Assembly: GCA_037441385.1 (NCBI GenBank)
Contig: JBBISH010000086.1
Span: forward strand, 1 to 28,778
Direction: 5' to 3'
Length of the DNA stretch: 28,778 nucleotides
Source: Myxococcales bacterium
Lineage (GTDB): Bacteria; Myxococcota_A; UBA9042
The translations under genes were made by a program, and so were the position numbers. Of the stretch, positions 16,919 to 24,293 are shown in pieces (position 1 is the stretch's first letter; every line of letters starts with the position of its first letter). The notes under the pieces are model-generated. The model did no database searches, had not been told where the DNA came from, and saw nothing but the letters and a program-made list of their open reading frames with translations.

Positions 16919-18904
16919 GTGAGCATTCCGGTCCAAGTCGCGGTCACTAGCGGGACCTTGCTGCCCGCCGTCGAAGAGGTCCAGGCCCGCCTGGGGACCA
17001 TTGGCGGCGCGCAGATGTTGTGGGTCTTGAGCGACTTGGAGCAGCCCGACGTGCCGCAACGGGCCGCGGCTCAAGTCCGCGCGATGCTGGGCGCGCGCCG
17101 GCACGAGGGCGGCTTTGCCCAGATCGTGCTGGCTCACGACGTGGCCGGGATGAACCACGCCCTGCAGGTGCTGCGCGGCGCCGAACCCGGCCGTACGCCC
17201 TGGGCGCTGGTAGTGATTGGCCTTTTTGAGGAAGGCGACGTGGTCGAGCCGTTGCCTGCCGGGGTTTCGTCGGTGCACGTGGTGCCAGCGGCGCTGGCCT
17301 ACCGCGAGCTGGGCTGGCGCGAACGCGAGCGATCGGCAGCCAACTTGTTGGGACTGCTGACGGATCTGGCGCGTTCGGACCGGGCGCGCGAGTCGTGGCA
17401 GCAGTGGGTGGCGACCTACGCCGGTGTGCGCGTCACCCTGGCGCAGGCGGCGCGCTTCCAAGCGCCCATGGTGCAGCGCGTTTTGGCTCGGCGGCTCGCC
17501 TCGCGAGTCGTCGAGCGCATGATCGACGCCTTGGGGCAGGGCCAGCGCCCACAGACCGCTCCGCGTCTGGCCGATCCACCGGCCGCGCCGGACCACGATG
17601 TGCAAGAAGCGCTGAGCCAGCGCGCCCACGAGCTGGGCGAAAAGGTGGCCGTGCGCATCGTGGGTGCCGACGACGACGTGCAACCGCTTCCTGCCGAAGA
17701 GGTTTTGCACCAGCGCGCGCGCCGCGAGGTCCGCGAACTGCCGCAGAAGCTGGAAGACGTCTTGAAGCGCCACGGCAGCGACCTGCGCGACAAGGCGCTG
17801 GCGTGGCAAGGCGAACTGCGGCAATGGGTCGATGCCGCGCTGGAGCAGGCGAGTTTTGCGGCGCTGCCGGGAGTCATCGCCAGGCTGGAAGCGTGGCTAG
17901 AGCGCCTGGCGCTGCCAATGCACGACGGTAGCCAGCACGGGCCGCGGCAGGCCCTGCGATTGGACCCGCCGGACTCGGCCCAGCTGCGTGCAGCGGTGCA
18001 GGCGCTCGAAGCCGAGCTGGCCGCTCACGACGACTCGCACTTGCTGTTTGGCGGCTGGTCGCTGGCCATCGGCACTACGGTGGGGCTAGCCACCGCGGCA
18101 GGGCTGCAGGCCTTGGGCACCCATGCGCCACTGGCCGCTGGCGGCGTGGGCACTGCGGTAGTGGGCGCGGGCGCTGGGATTTCGGCGGTCCGGTCGCGGC
18201 TCGCCCAAGCTCAACTGCGGCGCCTGCTCGCCCAAGAGCAGCTGGCGCGCCAGGCCTACCGGGCGGCGTGGACCAAACTCATCGAGCGGCAGATCGCCGA
18301 CATCGGTGCGGTCTTGAACGAGCGCATGGTGCGGTTCGCCAGCGAGGTGGTGCAAGGCGAGTTGGTGTGGCTGCGGTCCGTGCGCGACACGCTCAGCGAT
18401 TTGTACCAGCAGTATCAGAAGCCCGAGCGGCTGCGCATGGGCTCGGACTCGGCGTTTGAGTCCGACATCCGCCTGCCCGAAGAGTTCTACGCCAAGGCCG
18501 AGCAAGTGGCCGACGCGTCGCCCTTGTTTGCCGAATACGAAGGGCAGCTGGCCCAGTCCAACTGGCGTCAGCGCCTGGGCTTCATGAACAGCGACGCGCT
18601 GCTGAAGCAATGCGAACTGGCCTACGGCAGCTTCCGCGAGCAAATCCCCTTTGATCAGCGCGCCGAGCTGCGCGACGTGGCTCTGGGACCCACGGGCGTG
18701 GCCATTCGGCAAATGCTCGACCGGCTGGCCGACTACCTGCCGCCCGAGTTTGGCGCCGACACCATGGTGGTGCTGCCTTCGCGGCTGTCGGACGCGGTGC
18801 CCGATGACCGGGTGGGCGCGCTGCAGATGCACCTTGGCGTGAGCGACGTGTTCGTGGCGGTATCGCGGCCGGCGGCGCCGCGCAGCGACTGGGCGGGGCA
18901 GTAG
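16919..18904 (+). CDS. Helical protein with a central Gly/Ala-rich TM hairpin; probable inactive paralog of the adjacent tubulin-like protein
   Basis: AGGGAG RBS before the GTG. Hydrophobic hairpin LLFGGWSLAIGTTVGLATAAGL...AAGGVGTAVVGAGAGISAV flanked by coiled-coil-like helices. By-eye colinear similarity to the 13580 protein but without its Gly-rich GTP loops. The CDS is secure; the paralogy is inferred. Confidence 0.65.
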   Translation: MSIPVQVAVTSGTLLPAVEEVQARLGTIGGAQMLWVLSDLEQPDVPQRAAAQVRAMLGARRHEGGFAQIVLAHDVAGMNHALQVLRGAEPGRTPWALVVIGLFEEGDVVEPLPAGVSSVHVVPAALAYRELGWRERERSAANLLGLLTDLARSDRARESWQQWVATYAGVRVTLAQAARFQAPMVQRVLARRLASRVVERMIDALGQGQRPQTAPRLADPPAAPDHDVQEALSQRAHELGEKVAVRIVGADDDVQPLPAEEVLHQRARREVRELPQKLEDVLKRHGSDLRDKALAWQGELRQWVDAALEQASFAALPGVIARLEAWLERLALPMHDGSQHGPRQALRLDPPDSAQLRAAVQALEAELAAHDDSHLLFGGWSLAIGTTVGLATAAGLQALGTHAPLAAGGVGTAVVGAGAGISAVRSRLAQAQLRRLLAQEQLARQAYRAAWTKLIERQIADIGAVLNERMVRFASEVVQGELVWLRSVRDTLSDLYQQYQKPERLRMGSDSAFESDIRLPEEFYAKAEQVADASPLFAEYEGQLAQSNWRQRLGFMNSDALLKQCELAYGSFREQIPFDQRAELRDVALGPTGVAIRQMLDRLADYLPPEFGADTMVVLPSRLSDAVPDDRVGALQMHLGVSDVFVAVSRPAAPRSDWAGQ

Positions 18905-18905
18905 G

Positions 18906-21728
18906 ATGGCGGCAGCGACCTTGCTCATGATTGTGGCTGGAATTTCCGGCGTGCTCATCGTCGCTTGGCTGCTGGCGGTCCAGGCTGGTCCCGACTGGTT
19001 GCGCCCAGGCCACGGCCCGCTCTGGTACTTCTCGGCGGCCGCGACGCTGCTTGTGGGTGGGGCGCTTGCGGCGCTCCAGCAAGTGGGCGTGCTGCCCGAG
19101 CACCGCATTGGCGGCCTGCCGGGTACCCTTAACGCCATGATCCTGGCCGAGATTTTGGTGATCGTGCTGTTCCCAGTGATGTGGTTGGCGTTTTCGCAAC
19201 TGCACAAGCCCGGGCCGCGTGAAGCCCCAATTCCGCGCCTATTCATCTACTTGGGCATCGCGCCCGACGGATCGCCGCTACTGGAACTGCGTTGGATGTT
19301 GCGCACGCTGGCCGTGGTTGGTCTGCTGGTGGCCACGCTGGCTATCCTGGGCATGGACCTGTCGTCGGTGATCGGCAGGGGGCCGCGGCAGCACACGCTT
19401 TGGGCCTTTGGTTATGCGGCGTTACTTGGCGTGTTGTTCGGCTCAACCCATCCCGTGCGGCCGGTGCCGGCGGCCCGGCGTGCGCCTTCGAACGAGGCAG
19501 TCTTGCCCAAGGCCCCGTTCGACAAGCGCATCGACGCGCTGCATCGCTGGCTGGGCAGTCCGGTCGAGGCGGAGTCGCTGCAGGAAGTGCGCCGCGACCG
19601 CAAGGGCCCGCGCCAAACCGACCAGCGCTTTGGGCTGGATCTCTATCCGTTCCAGGCGCGCCTGCTCGACGAACTGAGCGATGCGCCGGCCGTGGCCCTG
19701 GCGGGACCGGCGGGGACGGGGCGCACCACTGCGGCGTTGCTGCGGGCGATCGACATGGCGCTGGCTACGGGTGCCTCGTGCGCAGTCATCACGCCCACGC
19801 GCGACGCCGTCCGCCAGAATCTGCTCCACGCGCGGGCTCTTTGCGAGCGTATCAGCGCCGGCGCGGCTGTGACCTTGGACGACGGGGTGCCGCCGCGCTC
19901 GGCCGACCTGTGGCTGGTCTCGCTCGACGACTTGGAACGCTTTTTGGACGAGACCATCGATCCGGCTGCGCTGCCGATCATCGGCCGGCTGAAGCTGGTG
20001 GTGGTGGACGACCTGGACCAGCTGTACGGTCCTGAAGTGGCGCGCCTGCGCTTTGTGGTCTACCGCCTGATGGCCCTGCGGGGCGCGGCTCAGCCGCAGT
20101 TGCTGCTCGCCGGCAATCTCTCTCCGCAAGTGCTGCAGCAGGTTGCCGAACGCGTTGCGACGGGCACCGTGCGGGTGGTGGCCACTGCAGGCGAAAATGA
20201 TGCCAGCGGTGCCGCTTCGCGGGCCGTGCGCCGCTTCGTGGTCGACCCGTCGCGCGTCGATCACAAGTCCACCTCGACCTTTGGCCTGCTGGGCATCCGC
20301 GATGGCTACGAACGGCTGGTCACTGAGGTGCCCGACGCGTCCATGCGCTTGAACGCCGCGCTGCTGGGCGATCCGTGGTCGCCGTGGCCGCCGCCCGACC
20401 AGAGCCAGCCCGACCAGCCCGCCGAGGTGCTGTTGGCGCGGGTGGGTCCGCGCTCGGCGTGGCACGTGCTGGGGCATCGGCGCTACTACCCCGAAGCCGC
20501 GGCACCCGCGCACGAGTACCTGCTGTTTGCCGACGATCCCCTGAGTCAGTTGCTGGTGGGCCAGTTCCGCGATCGCCATAGCTGGTGGCCCACGTGGTAC
20601 GACACCTCTCGCTTTCCGCGTATCCTTTCTGCGGTGCCCGGCGGCAGTGCCACGCCGCAAGGCCTGTTGACCCAGGCGCGCGCCCACCTCCGGGCGGCGC
20701 TGGACAAGGGGTTTTGCGACGTCGAGCGGCTGCGACAGGTGTTCTCGCCCGAAGTGGCCGATCAAGTCCTGGCCAGCTTGGACAATTCGCGCAGCTTCGA
20801 GCGCTTTGAAGCGTGGCGACCCAATCCGGCCGATCCCAAGAAGCCGCAAATCGTCCAGCTGTGCCGTGCCCAAGGGGCGGCAACGGGGGACCGCAGCGCC
20901 ACCTACGAGACCGCGGAACTGCGCGACCCGTCGGTGGGTTTGACGTTCAAGGTCCCGGCGCCGCTGCTCGATGTCGACTTCTACGACGGTGCCATTCTGC
21001 AGCGCGCCGGCCGGCGCTACAAAGTCGTCTCTGACCCGCGCCAACCCAAGCAGCGTCAGTTGCAGGTCGAGTCGTCGGCCATGACGGCCACGCCGATCCG
21101 CGCCATGCAATTCAAGCGCCACGGCAGCGGGCCGATGGACGTCCGGTTCCAGCGCTACGGCGGCCAGAAGGGGCTGGAGACTGTCCGCTGCGCGGTGCAG
21201 CTGCAATTGACGCACCACGGCGTGCACTTCTTTGGCCACACCCGCACGCCGGGCGCCACGGGTCGCACGGACTCCCTGCAGCGCCTCCACGAACAGATGC
21301 TGCCGCAACCCCTGACGTCGCAGGGTTTTGTCACCCGCGCGTGGGTGGTCTGCCCGCCCGACGCGGACGAGGTGGTGCTGCATACACTGACCCACGTGCT
21401 GCGCGACTGCCTGGACTACTTCTTCTTGGGCGCCAGCGACTTCATCGGGGTCGGCTACGAGATGGACTTGGGCGGCAAGGCCGGCATCGTGTTCTACGAC
21501 CGCCACCCCGAGGGCCTGGGCTGCCTGGACGACATCGACGACGCCAAGGACTTGCAGGCGATCCTGGCGGCGGCGCGCGAGATCCTGGCCGGCTGCGACT
21601 GCGAGTCGTCGTGTGCCAAGTGCTGCCGCTCGGTGGGCTGCACGCGCCGCCCGCACAACCACGACCTGGACCGCAAGCGCACGGTGGTGGTGCTCGACGC
21701 GCTGCTCAGCCGCGGGAGGGTCGGTTGA
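18906..21728 (+). CDS. Membrane-anchored, motif-degenerate MrfA/Hrq1-type SF2 helicase with a C-terminal DUF1998 Zn-binding domain
   Basis: About 5 N-terminal TM segments. Q-motif LYPFQ, Walker A GPAGTGRT, motif Ia TPTRD, motif II LVVVDDLD, FADDPL. DUF1998 pattern LHTLTHVL...IVFYDRHPEGLG...AREILAGCDCESSCAKC. Confidence 0.85.
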   Translation: MAAATLLMIVAGISGVLIVAWLLAVQAGPDWLRPGHGPLWYFSAAATLLVGGALAALQQVGVLPEHRIGGLPGTLNAMILAEILVIVLFPVMWLAFSQLHKPGPREAPIPRLFIYLGIAPDGSPLLELRWMLRTLAVVGLLVATLAILGMDLSSVIGRGPRQHTLWAFGYAALLGVLFGSTHPVRPVPAARRAPSNEAVLPKAPFDKRIDALHRWLGSPVEAESLQEVRRDRKGPRQTDQRFGLDLYPFQARLLDELSDAPAVALAGPAGTGRTTAALLRAIDMALATGASCAVITPTRDAVRQNLLHARALCERISAGAAVTLDDGVPPRSADLWLVSLDDLERFLDETIDPAALPIIGRLKLVVVDDLDQLYGPEVARLRFVVYRLMALRGAAQPQLLLAGNLSPQVLQQVAERVATGTVRVVATAGENDASGAASRAVRRFVVDPSRVDHKSTSTFGLLGIRDGYERLVTEVPDASMRLNAALLGDPWSPWPPPDQSQPDQPAEVLLARVGPRSAWHVLGHRRYYPEAAAPAHEYLLFADDPLSQLLVGQFRDRHSWWPTWYDTSRFPRILSAVPGGSATPQGLLTQARAHLRAALDKGFCDVERLRQVFSPEVADQVLASLDNSRSFERFEAWRPNPADPKKPQIVQLCRAQGAATGDRSATYETAELRDPSVGLTFKVPAPLLDVDFYDGAILQRAGRRYKVVSDPRQPKQRQLQVESSAMTATPIRAMQFKRHGSGPMDVRFQRYGGQKGLETVRCAVQLQLTHHGVHFFGHTRTPGATGRTDSLQRLHEQMLPQPLTSQGFVTRAWVVCPPDADEVVLHTLTHVLRDCLDYFFLGASDFIGVGYEMDLGGKAGIVFYDRHPEGLGCLDDIDDAKDLQAILAAAREILAGCDCESSCAKCCRSVGCTRRPHNHDLDRKRTVVVLDALLSRGRVG

Positions 21729-22852
21729 TCAGTCTGAACCGCAACGACGTGATCTTGGCCGGGGCGCCCCTGCCGGGTTCTGCCCCCGCCGTGGTGCAGC
21801 CCGCGCGTTGCCAGGGTGCGCAGGCGCTGGCCAAGTCGTACCCGATCCCCGTCGACCCGGCGCAAGCTGGCGCGTGGCTCCAGGCCGAGGCGTTTGCCAC
21901 GCAGAAGGTCCAGCACGTGTGCGTGCCCAAGGTGCTGGGCAGCTGGCAGGGTCAAGATGGCACTGCGCATTTGATCCTGCAGCGGCCGGCCGGTCGCCGC
22001 TGGGACGAAATCGTGCGCATCGGTCAGCAACGCCACAGCTACATGGCTGCGCGCGCCTGGGACGAGGCGACCCGCCACGTGGTGCGATCGCTGGCCCATT
22101 GCATCGAAACGGCGCATTTTTCGGGTGTTGCCCACGGCAACTTGGCGCCGGACAGCGTGTGGGTCGACCTGACCGCCATGGGCGAACTGGACATCAAAGT
22201 GGTCGATTTCTTGGGCAGTACCCCGCTGGTGCCGGGGCCGCGCCTGCGTTTTGCCGCGCCCGAGCAACTGGCTGGCCAGGCGGCCGACGCCCGCACCGAT
22301 GTGTACCGCCTTGCGCTGTTCGTGTATTTCTCGCTGACCGGCACCACGCCGTGGCCCACCGACGATCTGGCTGCCGCTCGCACGGCGCGGCTGGCTCCCG
22401 TGGATCGCGTGCCCGACGAGCGCGCGGCCGCCGCTTGGGCGCTGGTGTCCAAGTGGCCCGAGGTGGCCCGCACCCTGCAAGTGGGACTGCAGGCCGATCC
22501 CAACAAGCGCCCGCAGACCATTGCACAATTCGTCAGTCTGCTGGGCTTGGGGTGGGCGCTGCCCGAGCCGCGGCGCAGCATGGACGTGGGTTACGCTGTG
22601 GCGGGCGCACTCGCGATGCTGGCGGCCGTAGCGGTGTCTTGGCCTGCGGAAGATAGCCGTTTGACGCGGGCCCTGCTCGATCGCCAACCGTTGGCTGCCT
22701 GCTCGGCGCAACTACCGGTACTGGCTCAGCAAGTCTGCGCCAAATACGGTGCCAGCCGTCCGCAGTGCCAGCAGGCCCTGACGTTCGTGCTGGGCCGCGA
22801 AGAATGTCCCAACCGTATCAAGACGCTGCGCGCCTGCTTGGGCGAGCCGTGA
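21725..22852 (+). CDS. Transmembrane Ser/Thr pseudokinase with a small Cys-rich C-terminal domain
   Basis: The TTG start overlaps the helicase TGA (TTGA) and follows GGGAGG. Hanks-type motifs ALAK, QAEA..QKVQH, HGNLAPDS (for HRDLKPxN), VVDFL (for DFG), FAAPEQ, DARTDVY, DPNKRP. TM VGYAVAGALAMLAAVAVSW; 5 Cys in the tail. Confidence 0.85.
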   Translation: MISLNRNDVILAGAPLPGSAPAVVQPARCQGAQALAKSYPIPVDPAQAGAWLQAEAFATQKVQHVCVPKVLGSWQGQDGTAHLILQRPAGRRWDEIVRIGQQRHSYMAARAWDEATRHVVRSLAHCIETAHFSGVAHGNLAPDSVWVDLTAMGELDIKVVDFLGSTPLVPGPRLRFAAPEQLAGQAADARTDVYRLALFVYFSLTGTTPWPTDDLAAARTARLAPVDRVPDERAAAAWALVSKWPEVARTLQVGLQADPNKRPQTIAQFVSLLGLGWALPEPRRSMDVGYAVAGALAMLAAVAVSWPAEDSRLTRALLDRQPLAACSAQLPVLAQQVCAKYGASRPQCQQALTFVLGREECPNRIKTLRACLGEP

Positions 22853-22883
22853 CCCACCTTTTTCGAGGTGCCTGCCCGTTGCC

Positions 22884-24287
22884 ATGACCGTTGCCAAACT
22901 CATTGAGTACATCCTGGTGTTCTCGCTGGTGCTCATCTCGGGCCTGGGCATGGGCTTGGGCATGAGCGCGAGCCAGCGCCACCACGAACTCAGCATCGGC
23001 CTGGACACCGGGGTGCCGTCGTCGTGTGCCGCGCTGTCCAAGGGCCACGGCGACTCGTGCAAAGGCGCGTTGACCAGCGAAGCTGGCAAGGTGCTGGGTG
23101 TGCCCATCGCCAACTGGGGCATGGCCACCATGGGCATCGCCTTTGCGGCTGCGCTCGTCTTTGCCGGGGCGCTGAGCGTGGGAGCGTGGCAGGTGGCCGC
23201 GCACGTCTTCTCGCTGCTGGTGTTGCTCGCGCTCATCGACTTGGGCGGGACGTTGACCTACTTGTACATCGGCCTGATCCAGATGGGCACCAAGTGTGCG
23301 ATGTGCTTGGCGATGCACACGGCCAACGCCGCATTTTGCCTGGTGGTCGGCTTGGCGTGGACCAACATGGGCGACCGGATGCGCGACCTGGCGCGGACCC
23401 AAGGGCCCGCCTGGAAACGGCAGGTGGCGGCGACGGTGGCGCTGGGCGTGGGCTTTTGGTTCATCGTCAGCGTGGGCACGGACTTCTACTTCACCGAGCA
23501 GCAACGGCGCCTGCACAAGAAGCGCACCGACGGCGCCGAGCTGATTCGCGAGCGCGGCGAGGTGATGCTGGCTTGCCCGGCCAAAGACTGCATGGCGTCG
23601 CTGCAGTACGCGACGGCGGACCTGCCGCCCGACGACGCCTCGCTGGTGCTGGCCAAGGCGGCGCCAGGCCGTCAGACCCTGGTCGAGATGCTCGATATGT
23701 CGTGCCCGCACTGCCGCCACGAGTACAAAGAGCGCATGTCGATGCTCTACCACCGGCTGCTGGCCGCGCCGGATGGCACGGGCGCGCGGCTGCTGCTGTG
23801 GCCGGCCTCGAATGAATGCAACCCCGAGTACGGCGGCCAGAAGCTCCCCAACTGCGAAGCCAACGCGGCGCTGGTGTGCGCCTGGCAGGCTGGTCCAGAT
23901 CAAGGGCTGGCCTACGCCGACGAAGAAGCCAGTCACGCCCACGAGCAGGTCACCTTCGACCGGCCGGCCTGGCTCAAATCCAAGGCGGGCGCCGCGGCCG
24001 AGCAGTGCTTCCAGCGCGAAGTCTCGGCTGGCTTCCCCACCCTGAAGCGCCACGTCCAGGCGGCGGTCAAGCTGCGCGAGGTCGCCCGGGGCAAAAGCGC
24101 CGAGTGCCGCACGGGCCTGGACGCCGGCGGCAAGCAAATCGACGCTGGCGTCTTGTACTGGTGCTTCACGGGCACGCCCAGCTACGCGGTGTTCGGCGAC
24201 CGCGGCAGCGCGCCCGGTCCCGATCAACGGCTCCAGGCCGCACAAGCCTTTGATAAATGGCCGTTCTTGGCGGGTTGCCTGAAGTAG
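22884..24287 (+). CDS. Vitamin K epoxide reductase (VKOR)-DsbA/thioredoxin fusion
   Basis: VKOR loop Cys pair SSC...DSCKGALTS, then VLGVPIANWG and a CAMC redox motif within about 5 TMs. C-terminal DsbA-like domain EMLDMSCPHC...ECNP...CEA...GTPS. Confidence 0.9.
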   Translation: MTVAKLIEYILVFSLVLISGLGMGLGMSASQRHHELSIGLDTGVPSSCAALSKGHGDSCKGALTSEAGKVLGVPIANWGMATMGIAFAAALVFAGALSVGAWQVAAHVFSLLVLLALIDLGGTLTYLYIGLIQMGTKCAMCLAMHTANAAFCLVVGLAWTNMGDRMRDLARTQGPAWKRQVAATVALGVGFWFIVSVGTDFYFTEQQRRLHKKRTDGAELIRERGEVMLACPAKDCMASLQYATADLPPDDASLVLAKAAPGRQTLVEMLDMSCPHCRHEYKERMSMLYHRLLAAPDGTGARLLLWPASNECNPEYGGQKLPNCEANAALVCAWQAGPDQGLAYADEEASHAHEQVTFDRPAWLKSKAGAAAEQCFQREVSAGFPTLKRHVQAAVKLREVARGKSAECRTGLDAGGKQIDAGVLYWCFTGTPSYAVFGDRGSAPGPDQRLQAAQAFDKWPFLAGCLK

Positions 24288-24293
24288 TCTGGC

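Noticed and set aside
13787..21662. Long antisense ORFs (13787..15742, 15974..17824, 19443..21662 and similar)
   Set aside because: Typical stop-poor shadows of high-GC genes, with no motifs and fully overlapping well-supported + strand CDSs.
21341..21724. N-terminal extension of the kinase ORF given in the track
   Set aside because: It overlaps the DUF1998 coding region out of frame and reads as Arg/Gly-rich noise. TTG 21725 has a good RBS.
18906..21728. Calling the locus DISARM, Druantia or MrfAB because of DUF1998
   Set aside because: No methyltransferase, PLD nuclease, SNF2 helicase, Dru partner or MrfB exonuclease gene is recognisable in the window, and the helicase motifs are degenerate.
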